NCBI GenBank assembly: GCA_963850305.1
Contig: CAWKKR010000009.1
Span: forward strand, 50,720 to 114,719
Direction of reading: 5' to 3'
From: an uncultured delta proteobacterium
GTDB lineage: Bacteria > Myxococcota_A > Polyangia > Polyangiales > Polyangiaceae
Length of the DNA: 64,000 bases
Shown: positions 32,102 through 41,425 of the stretch, piece after piece
Layout: each line of letters begins with the position of its first letter
Numbering within the stretch: position 1 is the stretch's first letter
Notes under the pieces: model-generated
The model's database searches: none
The model's input: the letters and a program-made list of their open reading frames with translations, nothing else
Told to the model about the DNA's origin: nothing
Translations under genes and position numbers: made by a program

Positions 32102-32670
32102 CCGCCCCGCGCTTCTACCTCGTCATCGATCTCGAGGCGACGACCAGCGACGACGGCTCGCTACCGCCCTCGCAGATGGAGACCATCGAGATCGGCGCCG
32201 TGCTCGCGGACGCGCAGACGCTAGCCGTCGTGGACGAGTTCCAGTCTTTCGTGAGGCCAGTGCGGCGCCCGAGGCTTCTCCCCTTCGTGACGACGCTCAC
32301 GGGGATCACCCAAGCGATGGTGGACGGCGCGCCGCTCTTCCCCGAAGCGTTCACGGCCCTCCGCGCTCGCCTCATCGACCACCGGCATCCGCTCGTATTC
32401 GGGTCGTGGGGCCGCTTCGATCGCATCCAGTTCGAACGCGACTGCACGCTGCACGGCGTGCCGAACAACATGCCGCCGCACCTGAATCTGAAGACGGAGT
32501 TCACGAAAGTGCAAGGGCTGAAGAAAAAGCCCGGGATGGCTGAGGCGCTGAAGCTCTGCGGCCTTCCGCTCGAGGGCGCGCATCACCGTGGCATCGACGA
32601 CGCGCGTAACATCACGCGGATGCTGCCGTGGATCGTGGGCGAACGGCGGATCGAGCAAGGCAAACGATGA
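32098..32670 (+). CDS. DEDDh 3'-5' exonuclease (ERI-1/KapD-like)
   Basis: VIDLEAT, EIGAV, SWGRFD, HHRGIDDARN; ATGA coupling. Confidence 0.9.
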   Translation: MTAPRFYLVIDLEATTSDDGSLPPSQMETIEIGAVLADAQTLAVVDEFQSFVRPVRRPRLLPFVTTLTGITQAMVDGAPLFPEAFTALRARLIDHRHPLVFGSWGRFDRIQFERDCTLHGVPNNMPPHLNLKTEFTKVQGLKKKPGMAEALKLCGLPLEGAHHRGIDDARNITRMLPWIVGERRIEQGKR

Positions 32671-32752
32671 GCGCGGCGACGACCCCTTGCGGAGCGGCGG
32701 TCCGGCAAAACCGACGAACGTCTCGAGCAGCTTGAGCTGTGGTGAGCGGAGA

Positions 32753-32856
32753 ACCGCGCCGCGCACGCTCCCGAGGCACACGCAGTGAGGAGGGGGTCGG
32801 CCTCGGGGAGCGGAGCTCGCGTCTTCGAGCTCGGCCTAAGGGGGGTGGGGGCGGCC
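32753..32856 (-). other. Conserved two-hairpin non-coding motif, copy 2
   Basis: Reverse complement aligns to 20557-20656. Confidence 0.75.
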
Positions 32857-32969
32857 TGGCGCTACCGCGAGCGTAGCGCACGAAGAAACGCTGCGCCGAT
32901 CGCTTTGGAGGACGACACGCGGGCCCAACATTTCGGGCGTTGAGCGCGCGTGCGCCTCGACAGGGTTGC

Positions 32970-33155
32970 TCAGCGCGGCCCGTTGCCGCGCCCGCCACCC
33001 GACGGGTTGCCCGTCGTGCTCGGGTAGTTGCCGCCCGAGCTCCCGCCTCCGCGCGTCCCTCCGCCGCCGGAGCCGCCCTTGCTCCCGCCGCCGGAGCTGC
33101 CGCCCTTGGAGCCACCACCACCCTTGCCACCGCCGCCGCCTTTTCCGCCGCTCAT
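32970..33155 (-). CDS. Small Gly/Ser/Lys-rich protein
   Basis: SD-like GAAAGGA upstream; ends NYPSTTGNPSGGGRGNGPR. Confidence 0.6.
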   Translation of the reverse strand: MSGGKGGGGGKGGGGSKGGSSGGGSKGGSGGGGTRGGGSSGGNYPSTTGNPSGGGRGNGPR

Positions 33156-33425
33156 TTGGACCGATCCTTTCACGAGGGCAGAAAGCCCGCCCTGATACCG
33201 GTCTGACGGTGCGTCACGGGCACGGATTCACCGATGCGGCCCAGCGCGCTTGCATCGCGACCGCTGGCGTCCCGATCCGAAAGCCGTCGGGGGGCGGCTG
33301 GCTCCGGGATCCGGGCACTCATAGTTAGCTCGTCGAGCCCGAGCCCAGAAGACGGCCTGCTTGTGCCCGAACAAAAATCGCGTACAGTAGTGAATGTCCG
33401 GCGCGAGCGCTCCGTCGTACTGATT

Positions 33426-33555
33426 GCCCGCGGAGAGGCTTCGTATCTCCGATGAAAAGCCCGCGGAGAGGCTTCATATCTCCGACAAAGCCCGCGGAGA
33501 GGCTTCGTATCTCCGACAAAGCCCGCGGAGAGGCTTCGTATCTCCGACAAAGCCC
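33426..33555. repeat. 4 x 31-bp tandem repeat GCCCGCGGAGAGGCTTCGTATCTCCGACAAA
   Basis: Four head-to-tail copies, each containing a CGGAGA/TCTCCG inverted pair. Confidence 0.93.
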
Positions 33556-33624
33556 CCGGTCGGCTTCGGTCGAACGGGGGCGCACTTTTGCGTGCTGGAG
33601 TTGCGAGTTGCGATCGTCGTGAGC

Positions 33625-33747
33625 TCGAGCTCGGCGAGCGTCGTCCGCGTGCGCGGTCGCCCCGGACCGCGGCGTTCCGAGCCGTCATACTTCGCAGCCA
33701 CCAGGTTCCGGTACCAGCCGAGCAGAGTGTCCGGGCGAGCAAGTGCT
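33625..33747 (-). pseudogene. Short internal fragment of an rve/integrase-core transposase
   Basis: Translates LARPDTLLGWYRNLVAAKYDGSERRGPGRPRT; abuts unit copy A. Confidence 0.65.
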
Positions 33748-33836
33748 CCAAACCCCGTCCCCGTCGTCGACCCGCCGCTCCCCGCCGTCCACGACGGCCC
33801 CGGGCCGTCAAGGACGGGGATTTTCGGTACATTTTG
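33748..33836 (+). repeat. 105-bp unit copy A (5'-truncated)
   Basis: AACCCCGTCC...AAGGACGGGGATTTTCGGTACATTTTG. Confidence 0.93.
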
Positions 33837-35298
33837 AGCGCGCGTGCAGAGTCGCGAGGAGGAGCATCTGGGAGCCGCGCGCGGGTTCGGTCGATCTCGG
33901 GAGGGGTCGCTTCAAGAACGCGATGCAGAGCCGCGGGTGTGCGCGCAGTGTCGCCTCCAGATCCACGAGCGACCCGGGCAGGGTCTTGCTGGGCGGCAGA
34001 GGACGTTGGACGAGCATCGGCCGGACGTCGTTCGACAGCAGGCTGCAGACTCTGGCAGGCGGCACTCGCGCGGCGAGAGCCTGCCAGCGTGGCGCGGAGA
34101 ATTCTCTGGGTAGTCGCGCCGACGGGAAGTGGGCATTCGCTGCCGACGCGAAGCGGCACAGGCAGACCAGGCCGAGAATGACGATGGGCCCCGTGAACGC
34201 GAGTTGCCATTTCGTCCGGGCGCGGCCGACGACGCGGCTGGCGAGGACGGCTCCCAACGCCCACGTCGGCACCCAGAAGCGGACTTCGGTCAAAGGATTG
34301 AAGTCGCTGAACGTCGCTGCAACGACCATCGTCGCGACGTAACCCGCGAAGGTGAGGGCTATCAGGCGCACGTAGTTCGAGCGCCAGATGCGCATGCCGA
34401 CGCACAGCACGCAGAAGCACAGGACCGGCACGGCCACCTCGAGGCGTTCGGTCCATGACGGTCGTCCGGGTAAGAGCCCGGCATCTGCGAGCCACTGCAC
34501 GGAACCCGCGGCCGCGCGCACGATGTTCTCGTGAAATCCGTTGTAGTGCACGCTCCGATCCCCCATGAGAGATCCGGAGACGAGTCGATTTCTGACGAGA
34601 AGCGGTACGGTGACGGCTGCGAGCGCCGCAAACAGCGGCACGAACTGCGTCAGGCGGGTCCAGAGGGAGCCGCGGCGCGCCGCGAGGAGCCCGAGGACGA
34701 CTCCCAGAATGACGCCCTGGCCGGCGTAGCGGAACAGAAACGTCACGCCGAGCGCGACGCCACAGGCCACCTGAAGCCGGGGTCGTCTCTCTCGGACGAG
34801 TGCCGTTGCTAGCAGGACCGAGCAGAGCGTCGCGGCGGCAAAGGGCAAGTCGCTCAGCACGGCGTCGACCGTGACGAGCGTGCTCGGCTGAAGCGCGACG
34901 CAGAGCGTGAACAACGTGACGACGGGCCACGCCTTTGCCCCAGCAACGCGGCACCCGAGGCCGAAGAGAGCGGCAACGAAGACGACATACGCGATGCCGA
35001 GGACCACTGGCGCCCCTGATAGCGGACTTGCCCCGAACCATACAGGCACGGCCAGGCACGCCGAGAAGGCTGGGGGCCACGGCGTGATGGGGTCGAAGGC
35101 ACTCGACCCGACGAGCGCGCCGCGGGAGGTGACATACCCCTCGAAAGCTGCCAGGTATCGAGCGCCATCGATGTACGTCGCGCTGTCCCACGAAGCGCTT
35201 CCGCCCGGCCCCCACAGCCACGCGACCCAGATCGCGACGGCGATCGTTCCTACACCCGCCGCCGCAGCCCTCATTCGGTTCGATGATGCACGAGTCAC
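33837..35298 (-). pseudogene. Multi-TM GT-C-type (ArnT/PMT-like) glycosyltransferase, 3' end cut by unit A
   Basis: WDSATY..A, PWPP, LSDLPF, FRYAG motifs; ORF runs into the repeat and ends KCTENPRP. Confidence 0.65.
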
Positions 35299-35302
35299 GG
35301 GA

Positions 35303-35737
35303 TCAAAGAGGTGCGGATTCCTGGCCTCCCAAGAGATGCGTCATCGCAGAAAGTAGCGGATCGAGCGCGGTTGGCTTGGTCAAAACGGCGTCGAAAGGGC
35401 CGCGTTCGCGCTCGCCGAGCGGGCGACCCGTGAGCGCGATGAGCCCAGTCGCGTGCGTGTCTTCTTGGGCCCGGAGCGCATGAGCGACGTCGATGCCGGA
35501 CATGCCCGGTAGCGTCACGTCGAGGAGAATGAGCCGAGGATGTCGTGAGCGCGCGAGCCGCATCGCCTCTTCTCCGGTCTCCGCCGTCATCACGTCCCAG
35601 CCCCCGAGGCGGAGAAGCTCCGACAGGGCTTCGCGAGAATCCGCGTCGTCGTCCACGATCAGTACGCCGACGCCTCCGCCTGCGTTCTTCTCGAAGCGCG
35701 ACTCATCCACGACGCGCTCCTGGCCCATGCCCGACAC
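35303..35737 (-). CDS. Single-domain response regulator (receiver)
   Basis: LIVDDD, ILLDVTLPGMSG, IALTG, LTKP. Confidence 0.9.
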   Translation of the reverse strand: MSGMGQERVVDESRFEKNAGGGVGVLIVDDDADSREALSELLRLGGWDVMTAETGEEAMRLARSRHPRLILLDVTLPGMSGIDVAHALRAQEDTHATGLIALTGRPLGERERGPFDAVLTKPTALDPLLSAMTHLLGGQESAPL

Positions 35738-36124
35738 CGGTACCTGCGTTCAAGGGACGCTCCACGAAACACTCATTAGGAGATGATGACGGCAGGTCAA
35801 CTCGCACCTCATGGTCATGAGCAGCGTGCATCGTGCGCGAGGACGCAGGAATTGCGTCCAGCTTGGGCGCTCTTGGACATGATGCGATCATTCGATCACG
35901 GGCCTGGTCAAGCAACCGGGCCGCGCACCGGGAACTGCGCGCACCCTCGTGACGCCGTGGAGACATCAAAGATCTTCCTACGACCATCGTGGTGGTCACG
36001 TGCGAGGCTCCATTTTCGGTGAGGCACTTTGCCACAAATACTGGAGCCGTGCTCACGCACGTCCCGAGGGCCTGAACTTTTCCGATGTAGATGCGTCTGG
36101 ATCGCCTATCATTGCCCTTCGACG

Positions 36125-36229
36125 CCGGAGACCAGGGCGACCAACCCCGTCCTCGTCGTCGACCCGCCGCTCCCCGCCGTCCCACGACGGCCCCGGGCCG
36201 TCAAGGACGGGGATTTTCGGTACATTTTG
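36125..36229 (+). repeat. 105-bp unit copy B
   Basis: CCGGAGACCAGGGCGACC...GGTACATTTTG. Confidence 0.95.
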
Positions 36230-36230
36230 A

Positions 36231-36431
<201 letters not shown>

Positions 36432-36766
36432 GGGATGAGGACGGCCGAGCCGCCTCGGCTGGCACAGGCCCGGACGAGCGCGTCCAGTGCGGCCTCGGTC
36501 CGTCGAAGGAGATCGACCTGAACGGGGCGGCCGCGGTCGACCCCTGAGTAGCGCCGTTTCGGCGTCTTTCCGCTCCCAGAGCGCCGCTTTGGCGAGACCC
36601 CTGTCGCGGCATCCGGCGGCTCGGAGGTGGAGACGATCACGCGTAAGCGCGGCGTTTCGATCGCGCTCGGCGCGATCGTTTCTGGGCCCGAACGCACGAC
36701 GACGTAGCCCCCGGGTGAGCGGGAGCCACGTCGTCACGGCAAGCTGAGCGGCGGCGTGTTCGGAGG

Positions 36767-37588
36767 CTATTCCACCTCCTGGTCGGAGCGGCGGGACTTG
36801 CCGGTGATGCGGACGAGGAGGCCCTTGTGGACGAGGCGGTCGGCGATGGCGGAGGCGGCGGCGCTGTTGTGGAACAGCGTGCCCCAGTCCTTGAAAGGGA
36901 GATTGGTGGTGACGATGGTGGAGACGCGCTGGTAGCGCTTGTTGAATACCTGGTAGAGGAGGTCGGCGCCGCGGGCGTCGAAGCTCAGGTAGCCGAGCTC
37001 GTCGATCAGGAGAAGGTCGGGTGTGGACCAGGCAGCGAGGCGACGATGCAGGGTATTTCGGGCCTGCGCGGCGACGAGGTCGTTGACGAGATCGGCGGCG
37101 AGGACGAAGCGGACGCGGTGCCCGCGGAGGCAAGCGAGCTGGCCGATGGCGTTGGCGAGGTGGGTCTTGCCGACGCCGCTGGGGCCGAGGAAGACGCAGT
37201 TGGCCTTGTCGCGAATGAATTCGAGGGAAGCGGCGCGGATGACGATGTCGCGATCGATGGTCTTGGGGTAGTCGAAGTCGTAGGTGTCGACGGTGGTGAG
37301 GGGGAAGATGGCGGAGCGCTTCAGGGCGGCGCGAGCGCGGCCTTCGAGCTGCACGCGGAGCTGCTCTCTCATCAGGTGGTCGAGGAGAGCGGTGGGCGAC
37401 TCGTTGCGGGTGATGGCCTTCTGGGACGCCGCGTCGAGCTCGCCCGCGGCGTGGTCGAGGCCGAGGGTGCGGAGCACGTCCTCGAGGGACAGGGAGGTGG
37501 CGACGTCATCCGTCGCCATCGGAGGGATCGGAGTCGGGGGGGTCTCGGTCGGGGATTTCGAATGTTTCGGGGGTTTCGAAGAGGGCAT
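36767..37588 (-). CDS. istB: IS21 helper ATPase
   Basis: GPSGVGKTHLA, LLLIDELGY, TTNLPF..W, DRLVH. Confidence 0.95.
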   Translation of the reverse strand: MPSSKPPKHSKSPTETPPTPIPPMATDDVATSLSLEDVLRTLGLDHAAGELDAASQKAITRNESPTALLDHLMREQLRVQLEGRARAALKRSAIFPLTTVDTYDFDYPKTIDRDIVIRAASLEFIRDKANCVFLGPSGVGKTHLANAIGQLACLRGHRVRFVLAADLVNDLVAAQARNTLHRRLAAWSTPDLLLIDELGYLSFDARGADLLYQVFNKRYQRVSTIVTTNLPFKDWGTLFHNSAAASAIADRLVHKGLLVRITGKSRRSDQEVE

Positions 37589-39047
37589 CGTAGGTCTCCA
37601 GTGGATGGGGCTCGACGATGATCTCGTCGGCCGTGGTGTTGCCGGTGACGATGGGCTCGGGGGGCTCGCCGAGGCCGCGAGCGAAGCGGCTCTGGTCGAT
37701 GAGGGCGCGGACGTTGCGGACGCCGAAGGTGCGAGCGGCGAGCGCGCGCTTCATGCCCTCGGCGACGTCGGCCTCGCCGTAGAGCACGACGAGGCGCTGG
37801 AGCTTCTGGATCTCGCCTTCGAGATCGATGCGCCGCCGTGCGATCTCCTGGAGGTAGACGCGGGATTCCGGCGAGAGAGCGGCGAGGCGATCGCGCCGAC
37901 GTGGGGCGTGCGCCGCGGGGCGCTTTTCGAGCATCGCATCGATGTGAGCCCGGTCTTCGATAGGTTGCCGACGCCCCCAGCAGCGCGCGTGCTCGGCGAC
38001 GACGGCGCCGCCGGCGACGATGCGCACGGTGGTGTCGTCGGCGCGAAGATGAACGCTCTGCCCAACGAGGCGATGGGGAACGGAGTAGGTGTTGGTGTCG
38101 AGGTGGACGCGGGCCTCCTTCGAGACGACCATCGGCAGGACGAGGTCGGTGTCGAAGGTGTGCTCCGGCAGGGGGCGGAGACGGGGCCGCTCGAGGAGGA
38201 GGCGCTCCAGCGGGCGCTCCCGCGTGGTGCCGTGAATGCGGGCGTTGGCGGTGTGCTCGGCCCAGGCGGAGACCTGGGCGCGCAGATCGGCGAGAGACGA
38301 GAAGGTCCGGCCGTAGAAGAAGGAGTGGCGGATGTATTTGATGGCGGCCTCGACGCCGCCCTTGAACTCCGGGTAGCGAACGGGGGCTGCGACGGGCTCG
38401 AAGAGGTAGTGGCCGGCGAAGCCGAGGAACGCCGGGTTGAACTGCACGGTGGAGCCGACGTGGTGCAGGACGACGCTCTTGAGATTGTCGTAGACGATGC
38501 GCTTCGGGACGCCGCCGAAGAACGCGAGGGCGCGCTGGTGCATGCGCAGGAACGTGTCCATGCGCATGTCGAGGGAGAAGTCGACGTAGATGGCGCGCGA
38601 CCAGCGCATCACCATCGCGAACGCGGAGAGGGGGCGCTGTGTGTTACCGACACGCCAGTGCCCGAACGAGCCCCAGTCGACCTGGGCCTGCTCGCCCGGC
38701 TCGGTCTCGATGCGGAGGTAGGCTTTGCGGGCGCGCGGGGCTCGGACCTTGGCGACGTAGCGGCGGAGCTGCGCGATCCCTCCTTTGAACCCCGCGCCCT
38801 GGAGCTCCATGAAGAGGCGGACGGCGGTGAGATCCGGGTGCTCGGTGAGGCGCCGGATGATGTGCTCCCGGAATGGATCGAGCTCGGAGGGGGCCGGAGG
38901 ACGATGCTCGGTCACGCCATCCGGATCGCGGATGGCGCGACGGACGACGGAGTGATGGACGCCGAAGCGCCGGGCGGCGGTCTCGATCTTCCACCCCTCC
39001 CGGAGGACGAGCCGTCGCATCGCGGCGCGGATCTCCGGGGTGATCAT
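37506..39047 (-). CDS. istA: IS21 transposase
   Basis: ETEPGEQAQVDWG, FFGGVP..IVYDNLK, KGGVE, NTYSVP. Confidence 0.95.
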   Translation of the reverse strand: MITPEIRAAMRRLVLREGWKIETAARRFGVHHSVVRRAIRDPDGVTEHRPPAPSELDPFREHIIRRLTEHPDLTAVRLFMELQGAGFKGGIAQLRRYVAKVRAPRARKAYLRIETEPGEQAQVDWGSFGHWRVGNTQRPLSAFAMVMRWSRAIYVDFSLDMRMDTFLRMHQRALAFFGGVPKRIVYDNLKSVVLHHVGSTVQFNPAFLGFAGHYLFEPVAAPVRYPEFKGGVEAAIKYIRHSFFYGRTFSSLADLRAQVSAWAEHTANARIHGTTRERPLERLLLERPRLRPLPEHTFDTDLVLPMVVSKEARVHLDTNTYSVPHRLVGQSVHLRADDTTVRIVAGGAVVAEHARCWGRRQPIEDRAHIDAMLEKRPAAHAPRRRDRLAALSPESRVYLQEIARRRIDLEGEIQKLQRLVVLYGEADVAEGMKRALAARTFGVRNVRALIDQSRFARGLGEPPEPIVTGNTTADEIIVEPHPLETYDALFETPETFEIPDRDPPDSDPSDGDG

Positions 39048-39427
39048 CGCTGGCCCGTCGCCGCGAACGAGATGAGCTGCCGGGCGTCGGTGAAGGAGCC
39101 CATGCCTTCCAGGAACCGGTCGTGTTTGCGGCAGGGCGGGACGGCGACCCACTCGACGCGCACGGCGCGCTCCGGTGCGTCACCGAGGAGTAGGGCCCAG
39201 TGCTCGGGGCGGCGGCGCACGTCCCCGGCATCCGCATCGAGCACAGCGTGCAACGGCAGGCCGTACCAGAGGGAGAGCGCCTCGAGCAGCATCATCAGGG
39301 CTCGCCCGTCGGCGGGCTCGGGCGGCAGTCGGGCTTTCAGCGACGTGCCGGCAGAGGGCTCCGAGAGCAGGAGCCGGATCTCCGAGCCCTCGGGCTCGAT
39401 CGACAACCACAGCGGGAGGGACGACAT
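39044..39427 (-). CDS. IS21-associated hypothetical protein
   Basis: Stop overlaps the istA start; lies inside the element ends. Confidence 0.6.
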   Translation of the reverse strand: MSSLPLWLSIEPEGSEIRLLLSEPSAGTSLKARLPPEPADGRALMMLLEALSLWYGLPLHAVLDADAGDVRRRPEHWALLLGDAPERAVRVEWVAVPPCRKHDRFLEGMGSFTDARQLISFAATGQR

Positions 39428-39716
39428 CGATGTGAATCTCCAGCGCGGTCGTCGGTGCCGCGGGCGTCGTGCCCGCAGCCGTGACCGGCACCTCGACGGG
39501 TACAGGTGGGCACTCGGCCGCGGAATGTTGTGGAGTCACGCCCCGGGCGGCTTTCTTCCGGTCCCGGTATTCCTGCTGCCGATCCCGATGGTTTCCCGGG
39601 CCCCACTCCGTCTTCCGTTGCTTCTTGCTCGCCGTCCGCCACTGCGCCCGGCGCGCGACCCGTGCGCATTTCGGCGAGCAGTACCGGCATCGCCGGTCGC
39701 ACCGTCGGCAGAGCAA
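39180..39716 (-). CDS. IS21-associated Cys-rich (Zn-finger-like) ORF; boundaries uncertain
   Basis: CPICGG..LCRRCDRRCRYCSPKC followed by a basic helix. Confidence 0.55.
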   Translation of the reverse strand: MLCRRCDRRCRYCSPKCARVARRAQWRTASKKQRKTEWGPGNHRDRQQEYRDRKKAARGVTPQHSAAECPPVPVEVPVTAAGTTPAAPTTALEIHIDVVPPAVVVDRARGLGDPAPALGALCRHVAESPTAARARRRASPDDAARGALPLVRPAVARCARCGCRGRAPPPRALGPTPR

Positions 39717-40014
39717 GAAGTCGCCGCCGCAGATGGGGCAGAGGCGCTCCGCGAGCTCGTCCAGGTGGGCACGGCGACCCCCGCGAAGTGGACAGCCCAG
39801 CCTCGCCCATGCGATGCACCGCGCCGCAGCGGACGGCCTATTCCGTCCTGCCGGACGGCTCGGAGCGGGAACTCTGGGCCGTCCCCCTTTCGAGGGCGCG
39901 CCGAGCTACGCGACGCCCGTCAGGCTGGCCAAGAAACTCGAGCCCGCGCTACGAGTCGAACCCCGCGCTCGCCGTGATCGGGAACCCGCGCTTCGGCGTG
40001 ATCGTCTCCACTCA

Positions 40015-40710
40015 GTCTCTTGCCTGGACACCAGGCCCACGAGATCCCTGTCGTCATCCACGACAAGGAACGAGACCAGAAGATCGCTGGTCGGCTCGTA
40101 GTGATGCGTCTCCCGGAGGCGCAAGCCGAGAAGGCTCGCGCTCGACTCGTTCGCGAGCGAGGCACGCGCGTCTCGGACCTCGACCGAGAAGCGGCAAGCT
40201 ATGTTGTCTTGTTCACCACGGTGCCGAAGTCCCGACTCGACGCCGAGCGTTGCCTCGCGCTCTACCGCCTGCGCTGGCAAGTCGAGTTGCTCTTCAAACG
40301 ATGGAAGTCTCTGTGCGGCCTCGATCGCCTGCCGAACTACCTCGACGAGACGATACACGCCTGGCTCTACGGAAAAGTGCTTCTCGCACTTCTGATGCAG
40401 CGGATGGCGGCCTCCGCGCTTTCCCCCCGGAGCCGTCGAATTCGTCTCGACGCCGACGACCCGCCGTGGACGCACCAACCGTGGAAGCTGACCTCGCTGC
40501 TGTGGGCGGCGCTCATCCGCTCGCTGCTCCCCCTCACGCTGCATGACCTGCTCGCTCGCCTCCCCGGGATCCTCGAACGCCTCGACCACGCAGACGAGGA
40601 AGGAAACTGGCGAGCTGACACCGACCGCTCCCGTCCACGTCAGATCCACGACTTCCGCTCATGCCTGCCGGCGCGGCTCCGACGTGCGGCCTGAGGTGAT
40701 AACGGCGATG
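40015..40710 (+). mobile_element. 3' half of the IS4-family element (same element as 54070-55478)
   Basis: Near-identical to the reverse complement of 54070-54766; YRLRWQVELLFK motif; end GATAACGGCGATG. Confidence 0.93.
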
Positions 40711-40803
40711 GCGACCAACCCCGTCCTCGTCGTCGACCCGCCGCTCCCCGCCGTCCCACGACGGCCCCGGGCCGTCAAGGACGGGGATTTTCGGTACATT
40801 TTG
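40711..40803 (+). repeat. 105-bp unit copy C (5' end replaced by IS4)
   Basis: GCGACCAACCCC...GGTACATTTTG directly follows the IS4 end. Confidence 0.95.
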
Positions 40804-40894
40804 GTTGGGGTGTCCACGAAAGCGGGGGATCATCAGGGCGGTGCCGCTGGTAGCCGCCAGCACGCTGGCCGTCGAGAGGAACGGCGGGAGCTAC

Positions 40895-41425
40895 TCATCC
40901 CTTGTCACATCCTGGATCGAGCAGCGTTGCTAGGGGGGCGCAAAAAGCGCTTAACTGCGGCGCGCCGCAGGGCAGAGTCGCCGTCGCGCAAGCCATGATC
41001 TCGCTACGGTGGGCCACGTAAAAATCCAACATACCCTTGCAACAGCTCGTGATCTGCACGTCCGGCTCGTTCTCCTCGCACGCAGCACTCGAAGGAGCCC
41101 CAATGCATGCATTCACCTGTCCACAGAACACATCGTACAAGGACTGTGCGAGTCCGCTCATTTCGTCGAAGGTGACCGCCACCGAAGGTGAGCCAGGTCC
41201 CGCACTCAACGTCCGGCCGTCAATCCCCGCTTGGGTCGCGCAAAGGGTGCCGGCACCGACGCAAGATCCGCCTGGCGTACATTTTGCCGAACTTCCATAG
41301 ACCGCACAGTCCGTGTCCTTCGCGCAGGGGTACTCATTCGTCTTGCTCCCAGAGCACGACGCAATGACCGCAAGTACGCCTACGGCAATACTTGCGCGCA
41401 CGGCGCTTATCAAAAAAACGCGCAA
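40895..41425 (-). CDS. Cys-rich lipoprotein
   Basis: VLAVIASC lipobox; many Cys. Confidence 0.7.
   Translation of the reverse strand: MRVFLISAVRASIAVGVLAVIASCSGSKTNEYPCAKDTDCAVYGSSAKCTPGGSCVGAGTLCATQAGIDGRTLSAGPGSPSVAVTFDEMSGLAQSLYDVFCGQVNACIGAPSSAACEENEPDVQITSCCKGMLDFYVAHRSEIMACATATLPCGAPQLSAFCAPLATLLDPGCDKG

Larger units (their letters stand above)
36545..40014 (-). mobile_element. IS21-family element with accessory ORFs; left boundary approximate
   Basis: istA and istB; TGAGT termini; GTGGAGACGATCACGC near both ends in inverted orientation; no target duplication seen. Confidence 0.8.

Noticed and set aside
33426..33555. CRISPR array
   Set aside because: Repeats are head-to-tail with no unique spacers, and no cas genes are present in the window.
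37284..39977. 897-aa plus-strand ORF and similar long ORFs (33170-35221, 59806-62241, 2800-4011)
   Set aside because: Antisense or off-frame shadows of recognisable genes in high-GC DNA, with no motifs of their own.
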